Positions 1 through 14,110 of a stretch of DNA of 64,000 nt are shown here, piece after piece (positions within the stretch are counted from its first letter, which is position 1; every line of letters starts with the position of its first letter). The notes beneath the pieces were generated by a model that was not told the DNA's origin, ran no database searches, and was given only the letters and a program-made list of their open reading frames with translations. The position numbers and the translations under genes were made by a program. The stretch comes from Hypanus sabinus (Eukaryota): contig NC_082731.1 in assembly GCF_030144855.1 (NCBI RefSeq), forward strand, positions 11,718,001 through 11,782,000, given 5' to 3'.

Positions 1-759
1 CTGGTGTAGCCCGTCTTCCTAAATCCATTTCTATTCTCTTTTCCATGCTTTGCGACCATACAGCATGCTAAACCACGGACTCATCTGTCGAACGACAGCG
101 ACGACATCTAATTAGATGTCATTGCCGCGCTTTTCACTCATTGAAGGAAATAAATTCTTGTATTCCAGAATCACCCCCCCCCCATTAAACTCACCCTCAG
201 TTCCAGCATGTGTATTTTCCTTGTTACCTTTACCCATGTGATACTCCGTGTTAATATTGCCCAAATGTATCGCATTATGCTGTTCTAATTCTGTAACCAG
301 CAACTTGCTGGGAACCCTTTATATTCACACAGGCTAATCGAGGCTGATCCCAATAATTCAAAAACATCTTTTTATGGAGCTAAGTCGTGGATGAATTTAC
401 AACCATTTGGTAAGGATGATCGCAGAGAAACGGGACCCTACTTGGATGTTCATATGGCAACGTGCATTCACCTGGAAGAGAAAAAGTGTACACATCGGTT
501 GGCAGAGCTGATGAGTTATTTTCACATTTTCTCATCTCTGTTGAAGTTGTCAAGTGGTTTTATTTTCACTCCTGGTCGTTTTTGACATTTCAACGCTTGA
601 ATGCTTGAAACCTCATTGAGTAAAAAAGTTCAGATTTCAGTTTTCTGCTTATTTCTCGCCAAATATCAGTGATATTTATGGACGCAAACACACACAACAG
701 ACGCTATTAATACCTATTGGCTTTAAGCACGACGCAGTGTTAAGCGGCCATTTCCCCAT

Positions 760-1110
760 CCAGCTCTTTGCAGCTTACGACAACGTTTTACGGCATTCAA
801 ACCACCAGTGTTCGTGCCTTCTGCAAACTTACTACCCAAGCTTTCCAGTTCCTTATCAGAATCATCTGCAAATTTACTAACTCATCCTTCCTCTTCCTCA
901 TCCTGATTAATGATAACGATCACAACAAAATAGGCGGTCACAACAATCCTGTCTTCTATGGGAAAGCCGATTTGAGTCAACGCAGTCAGGTTTCCATGGA
1001 TATCACCCCTCACGTCTGTGCGGAAAAGCCTGTCATGGGTAACCTTGCCAAACACGAATCTAAAAACACGTGCACCACGCTACCTATCTTCATCAATTTG
1101 TTTAGTCACA
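760..1110 (-). mobile_element. Decayed CR1 LINE RT fragment
   Basis: The minus strand carries remnants of CR1 RT motifs (VTKQIDE, KVTH.RL, SKFADD). Confidence 0.6.
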
Positions 1111-3061
1111 TTCTCTAAACACAGAATAATGCACAGGAGGCTCGATCTACCCCGTACAAAGTCATCAAGGTTTCGTGAGCTAAATTCTAGTGCATCTTGG
1201 TTTGAGCAAACCTGTGAATCGCAGCAGGAGCATTTTAAACGTCAGTTTATTCGCTCATGTTAAAATTTTGTAACTTGAATTATACGATACTATTTGATAA
1301 TCGTTTCAATGAAAGAAAACTATTTTGACGAAAGTCTTCAGTTATCAAATAGTACGAGTATATTACGAAGCACATCGCCTTCAGCAATGTATATTTGCAT
1401 TATTTATTTCCCAACTGCTACTCGTACACTTTAAGTATGTTTAAATTTGACTTAGTTGTTCTTGAAATGATTTAAAACATTTGTTTGGAAAGTTAAGTGA
1501 ACAAATTAATTAAAATTATTAATGTTAATGCTAACGAAGAATAATTGAAATATATTTGTACTAGTTATAATTAAAATTAATTCCACCAGTTTAATCATTT
1601 CCTTTTGATTTGCAACACGGCAAATTTTCCAGAAGGATCCATGAGGATCTGATTGATCCTCAGCCTCAAAGTACATTGCTTAAATCTTCCTTATTTTCTT
1701 TACTCAACACTTAGGTTTAATTGGTTTTGTGGTTCAGTTTTATCAATAGTCGGTAGATCATGGTTAGAAAAATAGAATATTTAAAAAAGAACTGGTAGGC
1801 ATGTGAAATTTAAACCAGAGATCCCAATGGCAATAAAGCAATCAATGCGCATTTTACCATGTATTGCATTCTCTTTGTTGTTATTCTGACAAATAAGTCA
1901 TATAATATGTTGATTTGTCTCACAAATAAGAAGCACATAGTATTGGCCAACACAGCGATCATAAAATCTATAGAGGATATTATGGAATTTCCCTGTGATG
2001 TTAGGATTTTGTGTGAATCAACCTGATCTGAATTGATCGCCAGAAATATCAGATTTTGGCGTTTTCCAGCTTTCTCCAAGGAAGTAAGGCTTAGATCCTG
2101 ACATAAAGGGATTGGGATTTCAGTCCCGTTACTTTGGCGAGAGTATGCGTTCTCCATCGGGTGACCTTATTGTTACACACCAAGCGCCCACGCAATGTCT
2201 CTTTTCACGGGCAATTGAACAATCTCAATGCTGTCACACTTCGTTTAAATTTGCAAATCAAAGTTGGCTACCAATGTAAGTCTTGAACCGAGTACTGCAT
2301 ACATTTACAGCTCCATGTTTTTCAAATGTGAGAAGACCTGCACCTTCCGAGTTCCGGTAAGGAAACCTTCTGCCCTCAGTGAAATAGCAGAACTCGGTGA
2401 TTCCCATCTGTGATGACATTTCAACAAGGAAGATGACAGCCCTTGTTTTCAGCCCAGCAGCTTGGTAGGATTCTTTCAATTTCCATGCTCACTGGTAGGA
2501 ACTGCAGAGGCACAATCTCCCGGATACCTACTCTCGTGATAGAGAATCACTAAGCAGAAACATAATCGTGATCAATATATATCCTTTATAAAATTCTACT
2601 CTGAGAGAAACACGTAAATGGTATAATGTCACTCCTCCAAATGCAAATGGTTAAGATTGGTTATTCGCGGAATTTCTACATTATAGTTCCACAAGGCTTG
2701 CTAATAATGATCATGCGCTCTCCACCCCGACTTTTTAAGGCAAGGAAACTGATTAAGATACAGGACACAGAGAATTATAATTTAGCTAATTCAATTGCAC
2801 TTTCTTAGTCCCGAGTCTTGAGTATCAAACCTTATTTTTGAGCTTGGTCAACGGAGGAAGATACGAGAACTCATTTCTACACAACTTATTACTTTGTACG
2901 TGCATATGGATATTAGGAGAGGGCGCCCCTCATGATGTCATACTAACTTAATTGTTTCGTTCAAGTACAAAATTAGAATGGTAGATTACAAGGCGTATTG
3001 ATTTTTTTCACATTTGTGGTAGACTCCAATCTCTCACTGTTTGACAATGATTTAATCACAG

Positions 3062-3067
3062 TTTATT
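3062..3067 (-). terminator. Candidate poly(A) signal for membrane IgNAR
   Basis: AATAAA on the sense strand about 390 nt after the TM2 stop. Confidence 0.35.
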
Positions 3068-3453
3068 TTAAAATATACAGAGGAATATGCTAGGCAAACT
3101 TTCTGTGAAATTCTAACCAAAATAAATGTTTCACAAAGCAGAAATCAGAATCAAACTGATAGAAGAAAGGGAAACAAAGTTGCAATTTTACAAGCACGAT
3201 ATCGCAATTAACACAAATTATACAGAGAGTAGTGGTCTATTGTTATCATCTACACAAGAGATTCTGCAGATTGTGGAAATCCAGAACAACACCCCAAAAG
3301 TTGGAGGAACTCAGCAGGTCAGGCAACATCTATGGAGCAGATAAATTTCGACGCTCCATGCTGAGATGCTCCATCAGGATGGTCACCATTCGTCATCATT
3401 TAACTTCGGGTCCATTAAAACAACAGCTGGAGTTGAGTCTGCTTCAATATTCT

Positions 3454-3462
3454 CTATTTCAC
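3454..3462 (-). CDS. IgNAR: IgNAR TM2 exon coding part (VK-stop)
   Basis: Pyrimidine-rich acceptor ...gttcgtgttctgtcattacag followed by GTG AAA TAG, completing the canonical K-V-K tail. It was the only such match I found downstream of TM1. Confidence 0.75.
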   Translation of the reverse strand: MK

Positions 3463-4719
3463 CTGTAATGACAGAACACGAACAGAGAATCCAGTGAGCA
3501 GCTGAGAGAGGCAAACAGACAAAGCGACCAAATGGTCGAAAGAGCACAGTAACAAAATAAAATGTTCTTATATTTTCCTTGTAACTTGTTAGATTCATTA
3601 TCAGCTCCAGGCTGCATCGCCAGCCTATATTTCTGTATGCTCCATTAAATGTACTTATAAGTCGTAATTATACAGGGAAATGATTGGTCGACTGGCTTAT
3701 TTCCAACCAACATCTGATTCCTCATATGTCAGATATGAAGGAGTTGATGCATTTTGCAGTTTTCTACTTGATCTGTTACCTCATGTCGCGTGGTGTACTT
3801 TCGGACGAAGTCTGCCCTTACTTATTTTCTTAACCCGTTGCAGCGAGCGGATATTCTAAAATACACTGTGCGTAATTTTACATATTATTTCGGCGAACAA
3901 GAAACACCATCCATGTTAAACACCAAGAATAAGTTCTTCTCTGCCCTGGTCTGAACTGTTGTGTTGGTCATAGTCCCTGGAGGTAAAAGTGAGAATGCTG
4001 TCGATCAAGGTTGCAGATAATTAGGGTGTTTTATGGCTCGTCCAGCTTTATTGCACAATAAATGGGAGTCGAAAAGTACAACGTCAGGCTAAGGGAACTC
4101 TTGGAATTCTACCGATATTCTGGTCTGCATACTAAATGTCAGACATTTGTTTTGAACCTACTACAGTAAAGGTTTATAGTTTATTCGTTTATATGAATAG
4201 CTTGTCTCAGGAACGGGAGTTGGAAAAGAAATGCAAGTATACATAATAGAATTGAGAATCACGTGCGTTGATGCTTTGAAACAAAATAAAATCGCATTGT
4301 GAATAGCAATCATAAATACTTTGAAAGTTTCCACGTATGCGTGACATAGAACTAAAAGAAATAGAAACGACATGATGGCGGAGCTCAGCAGACTGGGCAG
4401 TATCTGTGGGGAGGAATTAGTAGTTGCCGTCCAAACCGGCGACTCTTCATTCCTCTCCGTAAATTCTGCCTGGACTGCTGAGTTCGGTGAGGATTTATTG
4501 TGCGTTGCACTGGATTTCCAACATGTGCAGAATGATCTGCAGCTAAGAGATCTAGTTTCAGAAGAAAGAGCAATGAAGTAAAGATGGTGATGGGGAGGTA
4601 TATTTAAGACCGTTTTACAGAATACATAAAATATTGCATCTTTATCGGTATAGTTGCACCGAGTGATTAGATTGGCAGGGTCGAGACGAGTACGTTGCCT
4701 GTGTAGAATACAGACAGGA

Positions 4720-7700
4720 AGAATGTGTGTGAGGCCGGTGTTCTGTGCTCACTGTCAGATGTGGGAAATCCGGAAGACGCCCAGCATCCCGAATGGCCAC
4801 CTCTGCGCTAGGTGAGTCGAGCTGCAGCTCCTAATGGACCGCGTGAGGGATCTGGAGATGCAGATCGATGACCTTCGTTTGATCAGGGAAAATGAGGAGG
4901 TGATAGAGAGGAGATAGAGGCAGATAGTCACACTGGGGCCTCGGGAGACAGAAAAGTGGGAAACAGTCGGGAGAGGGAAGGGCAGGAGTCAGATGATTTA
5001 GAGCTCCCCTGAGTCTGTACCGCTTGACAATAAGTGTTCCTGTTTGAGTACTGCTGGGAGCATGGCCTAATTGGGGAAAGGAGCAAAGGCTGCAACTCTG
5101 GCACAGCCTCTCGCCCTGTGACTCAGAAGATTAGGGAAAGGAAGAACACAGCAGCAGTGATAGAGGATTCTATAGTTAGAGGGTTAGACTGGCGATTCTC
5201 AGGACGCGGGAAAGAAGCACGGATGACAGTTTGCCTCCCAGGTGCCAGGATCCGGGATGTTTCTGAACGCGTCCAAGATAGCATGAAGTGGGGAGGAGAA
5301 CAGCCGGAGGTCGTGGTACATATTGGTACCAACGACATAGGCAGGAAAAGGTAGCACGTCCTGAAAGCAGACTACAGGGAGTTAGGAAGGAAGTTGAGCC
5401 TGTGCCACGTGACATTGAGTATAGGAATCGAGTGAGATGGAGGATAAATGCGTGGCTGAGGGATTGGAGCAGGGAGCAGGGATTCAGATTTCTCGATCAC
5501 TGGGACCTATTTTGGGCCAGGAGTGACCTGTACATAAAGGACGGGCTGCTCTTGAATCACAGGGGGACCGATATTCTGGCGAAGACTATTGGGGAGAGGA
5601 TTATTAGGGGGTGGGAACAAAACTGAAGAGACGGAGGAACAGACGGTTCGCTCACAGAGAGAGATTGGAGACAGTGCAAGAGGGAGTATAGGCAGGTGAT
5701 AGAGAAAGGACGCGCTCAGACTAATAATTTGAGATGTGTCTATTTTAATGCAAGGAGAATTATAGACAAAGCGGATGAGCTTAGAGCGTGGATCAGTACT
5801 TGGAGCTGTGATGTGGCTATTGCAGAGACTTGAATGGCTCAGCGGCAGAAATGGTTACTTCGAGTGCCATGCTTTAGATGTTTCAGGAAAAACACAGGGA
5901 GGGAGGCAAAAGAGGTGGAGGCGTGACACTGTTGATCAGAGATAGTGTCACGGCTGCAGAAAAGGAGGAAGACATAGACTAATTGTTTATGGAGTCTCTG
6001 TGGGATGAACTTAGGAACTGGAAGGGTCAATATCTCGACTGGGTGTTTTTATGGAGCACCCAATAGTAACAGGGGTATCAAGGAGCAGATAGTGAGACAG
6101 ATTCTGGAAAGGGTAATAATAACAGGTTTGTCGTTGTAGGAGAATTTATTTTCCCAAATATCGATTGTCATGTCCCTAGAGCGAGGTGTTTCGATAGGGT
6201 GGAGTTTGCTAGGTGTGTTCAGGAAGGTTTCTTGACACAATAAGTAGATAACCCTACAAGAGGAGAGGCTGTACTTGATCTGGTATTGGACAATGAATCT
6301 GATCAGGTGTCGGATCTCTCAGTGGGAGAGCATTTTGGAGATAGTGATCACAATTCTATCTCCTTTACCATAGCATTGGAGAGGGATCAGAACAGACAAG
6401 TTAGGAAAACGTATAATTGGATTAAGGGGAAATATGAGGTTATTAGGAAGGAACTTGGAAGCATAGCTTGGGAACAGATATTCTAGGGAAATATACGGAA
6501 GAAATGTTCAGGGTATAAATGCGTTGAGTTCTGGATGGGTACATTCCAGTGAGACAGAGAAAGGTTGATAGGGTACAGGAGCCGTGGTGTACAAAGGCTG
6601 TTGTAAATCTAGTCAAGAAGAAAAGAAGAGATTGCGAAAGGTTCACAAAGCTAGGTAATGATAGAGATCGAGGAGATTATAAGACTAGCAGGAAGGAGTT
6701 TAAAATAGAAATTAGGAGAGCCAGAAGGAGCCATGTGAAGGCTTTAGCGGACATGATTAAGGAAACCCCAAGGCATTCTACAAATAGGTGAAGAGTAATA
6801 CGATTAGACATGGGAGAATAGGACCAATCGATTCTAACAGTGAAAAAGTGTGTATGGTACCGAAGGAGGTAACAGAGGTACTTAATGAGTATTTTGTTAC
6901 AGTATTCACTATGGAAACGGATCTTGGCAACTGTAGGGATGACTTACTGTGGACTGAAAAGCTTGATCATGTAGATATTAAGATAACTGGAGCTTTTGGA
7001 AAGCATCAAGTTGGATAAGTCACCGGGACCGGACGACATGTACCCCGAGCTACTGTGAGAGGAGATGAAGGAGATTACTGATACTCTGGTGATGATCTTT
7101 GCATCATCAGTTGGGACGGGAGATGCTCCGGAGGATTGGAGTGCTGCTGATGTTGTCCCATTAGTCAAGAAAGCGAATAGTGATAGCCCAGGAAATTATA
7201 GCCCACGGAGTCTTACATCAGTGGTTAGTAAGTTGACGAAGAAGATCCTGAGAGGCAAGATTCATAAACATCTGGAGAGGAATAATGTGATTAGGAATAG
7301 TCAGCATGGCTTTGTGAAAGGCAGGTCGTGCCTTACGAGCCTGATTGAATTTTCTGATTGAATTTGTTGATGACACAAATGTTGGGGGACTTGCTGATAG
7401 TGTGGAGGGCTTCAGAATTTACAGCAGGGCATTGATAACAGGGAAGGCTGGGGTGAGAAGTGGCAGATGGAGTTCAACCAGATAAGTGTGAGGTGGTTCA
7501 TTTTTGTACGTCAAATATGATGACAGAATATAGTATTAATGGTAAGACTCATGGCAGTATGATCAGAGGGATCTTGTGGTCCAACTCCATAGGACACTCA
7601 AGTCTACTGCGCAGGTTGACACTGTGGTTAAGAAAGCATAGGGTATATTGGCCTTCATCAACCGTGGGATTGAGTTTAGGAGCCCAAAGGTAACGAAGCA

Positions 7701-8234
7701 GTTATATAGGACCCTGGTCAGACCACATTTGGAGTACTGTGCTCTGTTCTGGACGTAGAAACCATAGAAAGAGTGCAGAGGAGATTTACAACGATATTGC
7801 CTAGATTGGGGAGCATGCCGTGTGAGAATAGGTTGAGTGATCTCGGCCATTCTTTCCTTGGAGTGACGGAGAATGAAAGGTGACCTTATAGAGGTGTGCA
7901 AGGTGATGAGAAGCATTGATCGTGTGGATAGTCAGAGCCTTTTTCCCAGAGCTGAAATAGCTAGCACGTGAGGGCACAGGTTTAAGGTGCGTTGACGAAG
8001 GTCCAGAGGAGATGTCAAGGATTTTTTTATGCAATGAATGGTGAGTACATGGAACGGGCTGCCGCTGATGGTGGTGGACACGGATAGGATCGGTTCTTTT
8101 AAGAGACCCCAGGACAGGTACATGGAGCTCATGAAAATAGAGGGCTACGGGTAATCCTAGGTAATTTCTAAGGTAAGAACATGTTCCGAAGGGCCTGGAT
8201 TGTGCTGTAGGTTTTATATATTTCGATGTTTCTA
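4720..8234 (+). mobile_element. Near full-length, degraded CR1 LINE (ORF1 esterase + ORF2 APE-RT)
   Basis: ORF1 with C..C.MW and SGNH-like DSIVRG / VVVHIGTND motifs. ORF2 fragments FNAR, YSPRSLTSVV and QHGFVKGRSCLT. Many stops and frameshifts; CR1-type 3' tail. Confidence 0.9.
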
Positions 8235-8389
8235 ACCGATTAGGAGTTCACCTGTGATCTCAGTGAATAACATTTCGGGGGTCTGATTAGTCAACCCCTT
8301 TTTCTATCTTGTCTGCTCCTTTTTTTTCTCTTCTAAAATATTTGGTTGTATTCAATTTCTGAGCCCTCTGGTGAAAGTTTCAACATATA

Positions 8390-8640
8390 ATTCACAAAGG
8401 CGTACTGGTTAGAGAAATGCTTGACAGTAGTAGCTCGCGGGTTTAATTTCTGGCGCTGTCCTGTATGGATTTCTGTACATTCTCCTCAGTGACTGCATGG
8501 GTTCTCTCCGTGTGCTCAGGTTTCTACGTGCAGTTCGGTTGGCAGATTGGTCCATTCCACCCGCAATTCCGTTGGTAGAAAAATTGGTCATTGTAAATTG
8601 TAGTGTGTTTTAGCCACGTGTTACGGGGCGTTGCGGCTGG
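8390..8640 (+). mobile_element. V-SINE/HE1-like SINE, degraded
   Basis: Resembles the V-domain core (gcatgggttctctccgtgtgctcaggtttc). Confidence 0.55.
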
Positions 8641-11600
8641 AAGGAGGATTTAAGTTTAATGAATCAGGTTCCGAGGCTTAGATAAGAAATAATAGAACTA
8701 AATACCAAAATATGCCAACATCACAGTGAACCTGAAGTATACTCCAGCTTCCTTGCGTACAATTGGAAGAGCTGTGGGGTTTGTGATGAGACCCATAGAA
8801 TCAAAGTGACTGGCTGCTACGATGATGTGAATCTATATTTTGGTGCAAAGTAGAAAATGTAAATAATGACAATAATGAAACCTATTAGTACATATATCAC
8901 TATTAAAAATGAAATTTGATAGAAGCTTTCGTGTAAAATTATAATTAATAGATTTAAAATGACGAAATGTTGGACGTACTGAGCAGGGTACGTCCAGCGA
9001 CGCATACCGCTAAGAAGCTAACGTTTTCAGTCCAAAACTGTTCCTCTAGGTGGTGGTGAATTGGTTAACGTGACAGCCTTCAGCCGATTGCGCCAACTTG
9101 CCATGGTTGTTGCAAATGGCACGGCCGTGGAACGTCCCCAGCAGGCTAGGCTATACTAATGGAGAGAGAAAATCTGAACGAAATTACAGGTGGATTAGTG
9201 ATAAAAGTTATCAGTTCTGATGCAAAAAGAAATAAAGTGGCGAGTCACATCAAGCTGGATAATTTGACAGTCCAGGCCGCAGAGAAGATGATAGAGTAGA
9301 AAGGGTGGAATAAGTGTACTTTGCCTGACAGTGTGGAATAATGTTGTGTTTACGTCCAGACAATACGAACAGAAAATGAAGGAAGGAAAGGTATGAAATA
9401 AAAGGTTGAGTTCTAATGCACAGAAACGGGCCCTTTCGTCCACTTTGTTCTAAAAGAACCACCTATACATATCCGACATTTGTCACATTAGTTGCACAAC
9501 ATGCGACATCTTGTCTATTCAAGTGATTGGCCAGATGTTTACTGTACGTTGTTGTTTAATGTTCTCCACCACTTCCTCTGGAATTGTCTTCGTTTCCACG
9601 TTAAATGTCCTTCCTCTTCTTCCATGCAAAAAAACATGACAAACATTCCAACTAACTATCCCAAACATACTTATCATATTTCATTTGATTATATATCTTT
9701 GATATCTCCTTCGCTCCAGGAAGAACAAACCAAACCCATAAAATTTCTTCTGACAAACTCCAGTCAAGGGAATAGAGAAAGCGACAAATGTCTTTTACAT
9801 TCTGTTCAGAGCGTTCAAGTGATTATAATATAATGGTGACCAGTACTGCTCAGAATACTCCAATCCCGGCCAGGTGAATCTTTTGTGAATTGGAACCACG
9901 TCGTTCAAATTTCGTTAATCTTTACTAGTCCAGTGAAGAAAATTGCCACATCCCTTCGTTACTGCCACATCCTCTTGTAATTCCGCCTACAGGGAACAAT
10001 TGACTTGTACACCAGTGTGTCTCTGCTCATCAGAAGTTCGTAGTGTCTTATCCTGGCCCGCATATTCTCTAATGTCATTGTATTTCACTTTCCAAAATTC
10101 ATCCCCTGATCTGTCACAGGACTAACTTGCTTCCGCCAACGTTCTGGTCAGCTCTGCTACTGATATCCTACTAGTATCCGTTAATAAACATTTTGGGCAA
10201 ACTTACTAATAAGATATTCTACGTCAAATTCAAGTCATTAATAAATGGCATAGTCAACAATGGTTTCAGAGGTGACCATTGTGATGCACCACTCCGGAGA
10301 TTTACAATCAGAAAATCACTACGATCTACCTCCTATCTCCAAGCCAATGATATATCTAGTTTTCCGGTTTGCTTTGGAGATCGTTATCAAAGGTTTTACG
10401 AAGGTCCATGCACACACATTCCAAGAGTGAGACCTGGATGCAGCATTAAATAGAGAGGTAAATGGACGTCGCACATCACTTTTGAGAATGAAACGCAGAT
10501 ATTCTGCAAAGTGATCATCCAACTTCAAGTGGAGGATCCATTGAGGAGGAGGCCTCATCGTGAACGACAAATATATTACACTATATTAGAAGAAGTTTGA
10601 AATAAACTGAAACTCTGCTTTACCTGCATTATGTGGGTCCCTTGATAACGGGATGAAAGGACTTACGTTCTGTAGTGGCATGAGGAAATGTCAGAGTGGT
10701 ATCTGGGAAGCAATTGCGGTGTATGGAGGCGCAAAGGACTTGGTGCAAAGGAAGTATACGTATTAGTCTGGAATGTTGTTGGGGTCACCGGAAATAGTGA
10801 GGCATGATTTATTGACAAGGGCGCGGGTAAATTTGAAGCTAAGGATCCGATTTACTTAAGTCTTGAAATAGAGGCGAAGTGATTCCGAAACCAAAGGGAA
10901 AGGTCATAATTAGTCCTCGAGAAGACGAGAGCAAAATGATTCGGAAAGCTATAAACTTTATGAGCTCTTTGTCAACGCATGAAGCAGCAATATTGTAGTA
11001 GGTAATAACGTAGTTCTTAGTTCAGGAAAGCCGGTTGATGGAGGTGGTGAATCAAAGGCTGTACCATCTTTTCCTCGAAAAGACGTTCCTAAAGTACCCC
11101 GGTTTCATCTGAGATCTCATGATAATACCTTTCATCAAGTTACGGTAAGAGATATTGAAGGATATGTTGTTCCATGTGAGGCTGGTTTCAGCCGCCAGGT
11201 AAATGTGTGTATTAGAAACGCCCGTTCAAAGAGCTGGCCATAGTGTCCGACTTTTCCAAAGTGGATCAACAACATCCTTTTTGCTAAGTGACAGCCATGA
11301 TCGGGCTGCAAGCTAGATTAAAACATGGCGGTATTGATAGTCTCCTCTCCTTTCAAAGAAATTCACAGGCAAACAGCAATGCTTATCCTGGGGTCAATAC
11401 TGCAATGTCGGACAAAGCCGCAGTGACCTACGCACAACTTTTCTCCTACAGAGATGACGGGGAGCAATATACTGAGAGGATTAAAATGTGTCGGTACCTT
11501 GAGTATAGGTTCGCCACCTTTCTTCTAAATATAGAAAACAGAGAATAGAAAAGTACTGCACAATGCAGGTCGTTTGGCTCACATTACTCTATCGACTTTT

Positions 11601-11789
11601 AAACCTACTCTAAAATCAATAGACCGCTGCCCTCCAGCATAGCGGTGCACTTTTCTTACGTCCGTCTATCTTAAAGTTTCATAAATGTCCCGAATGTACC
11701 TGCATCTACCACCACACTACGGCAGCGTGTTGCGCAGACTGACCATTCTCTTGGTAAGAAACTTAAGTTTGAGATTCTCCAATCAGAAA

Positions 11790-12960
11790 CAAGAGAGAAT
11801 CCGCAGCTGCTGGAAACCAAAGCAACACAACAGGCAAGCCCTCATCTATGGGGAAGAAAAAACACAGTCAACGTTCCGAGCCGCGACCTTTCATCAGGTC
11901 TGAAGAAAAGAGTCCAAATGGTCTCGGCCCTAAATATCAACTGTACTTTTTTCTATGGATGCTGCCTAGCTTGCTGAGTACCTCTTATATTCTCCATATT
12001 CCTTCCTCCAGTCATCTTAAAAATATATCTTCTCCTGTTAACCAATGCTACTTGAAAAAGGGCTTTTGGCTTTGCACTTCGTCAATGTCTCTTAACATTT
12101 TTTTACTCTATACAGATGTCCGTGATTCCTTTGTCCACTCGTTACTCCCCACTGATCTTCATTCTGGCATTTCCTCTGCCTCCCTCCCGGGTTCAGTTAT
12201 CATCTTGCGTTTCACTTTCCCCTCCCTCACCTTTTAATTCTACTCGTCATCTCTTTTCTCCTGACCACTAAAGGGTTTCGGCCCGAAGCTTCCCTCTACA
12301 CGACCATTCAGGGCCCTAAACAGTCCTCTAGATGAGGCAGCAGTTCACCTGTGAGACTGTTCGAGTCATTCATTGTATACCGTGCTCCCGCTGTAGCCGC
12401 CTTTACAACATAAATTGGGGGATCACTTTGACGAGCACCAACCCCCAATCCACAGAAAACAACCAGAAAATGGTAGCCAACGATTTTACTTCTGATCCCT
12501 ATTCACATTCCGCCGTTCGTTAATGGCCTCTTTTACAGTCAAAATGACGGCGCTCTCAGGTTGGAGGAGAAACACCTCATATTTCGTCGAGATATCCTTC
12601 AAATTGGCAGCATGAACATCGATTCCTCTGACCTAGTATTTTTCTGACGTCCTCTTCCTGCCTTTTTCCCATGATCCACTCTCCTCTCCAATCCAATTCA
12701 TTTTTTCTTATGTCCTTTACCCTTTCCGCCTATTACTTCCCCGATTCTCACTTCATATTCCTTCCTGCAGCTACCGACCTTCCTCACAACCTAACTTTAC
12801 CTATCACCTTCTAGCTTGTAAATCTTCCCCTCCACTAACCTTATTCTGGGTTCTTTTTCCTTCCTTTACAATTTTGATGAAGGGTCTCGGCCCAAAATAT
12901 CGGTTCTTTACTCCTTTGCATAGATGCTGCCTGATATGTTCTTCCATCATTTTGTGTGTG
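11790..12960 (+). mobile_element. Penelope-like element 3' region (GIY-YIG remnant) with terminal repeats
   Basis: QQFTCETVRVIHCIPCSRCSRLY endonuclease remnant, plus the characteristic terminal motif (ggatgctgcctagcttgctgagtacctc; gatgaagggtctcggccc). Confidence 0.75.
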
Positions 12961-13189
12961 ATAGTTCTATTAAGTCACCATTCTTCCCCCATTCCAAAGA
13001 AAAAAAGTCCAAACACGCTGGGCCTTTTATCCGACGATATGATCTCCAATCTCGCCAAATCGTGGTAAATCTTTACTGGACACTCTAAAGCAAACACTTT
13101 ATTACTATAGCGAGGCAATCAGAAATGAACACAACACAATCTGGTAAACCAGAGTTTTATTACACTGATAATAATCTCAGAGTTTTATT

Positions 13190-14110
13190 ACTCCGCAAGA
13201 TTACCTCGCGGCACTTGAGCTCAATCCTCCGACTAATACAGGCCAACACAACATACACTTTCTTAACCAATTTATAGAGATATGCAGGAACTTAACAACG
13301 TGGACACCAAGTCCCCTCTGTTCCTTCAAGCTACAAAGAATCCTACCATTAACCCAGTTTTCTGTCTTGAAATTCGACCTTCTGAAGAGAACGTCCTCAC
13401 AGTTTTCTATATTGAATTCCATCTGCCACTTCTCAGCTTAATATCCAATTGTAACTTACGACAACTATCTGCAATATATACAACACCACCAATCTTCATG
13501 TCATCTGCCAGCTGACTAAAGCACCCTCCCACTTCTTCACCTAAGTCATCTGTAACAATTCCAAACTACGGTGATGTCGTAACAGTCCCTTGCAGAATAT
13601 CACTACTCACAGCCCTCCAGTCGAAATACCCTCCACTTACTTACGACCACAGTACTTTTTCTCTGAGCGAACTAACTCTGGCTTATTCAGCAAATGTCCC
13701 AGGATCGCCAGTCTCCTGACTTTCGTAATTAACCTACATGGATAACCTTGACAAATGCCTTCCTAAAATGTATATTTACTGTATCCACTGCTCAATCTTT
13801 ATTGTTTCTTGTTTTCACTTTGTCTGAAATGTTAATAACTCTCGTGAGGCACGACCTCAACCTCACAAAGGAATGATCATAACCCTTAATCAGATTTGGC
13901 TTCGCCAAATGCTCGCAAACTCTGTCTCGAAGAATTAGCTGTAATAGTTTTCCCACGACGGACATAAAACACAACGCTTTATAATCCCCGGAATAATGAG
14001 TTCGATACATTTGCGTAACGACTTTTCTGTCTAAATCAGTACTTGGTTGGTAGTATTGCCCCAGCTTGCCACTTTCTCCACTTACATTGCATTGATTAGA
14101 GGACACTCCC
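13190..14110 (-). mobile_element. Decayed CR1 LINE RT fragment
   Basis: Translated remnants (MEFNIENCEDV; VVGKLLQLILRDRVCEHL...HSFVRLRSCLT). Confidence 0.75.

Noticed and set aside
2258-2479. 73-aa minus-strand ORF downstream of TM2
   Set aside because: No recognisable domain or convincing splice context.
1393-2648. Octamers at 1393-1400 and 2641-2648 downstream of TM2, a possible 3' enhancer
   Set aside because: A few octamers are expected by chance in 64 kb of AT-rich DNA (others occur at 24172 and about 48227), and no supporting motif cluster was seen.
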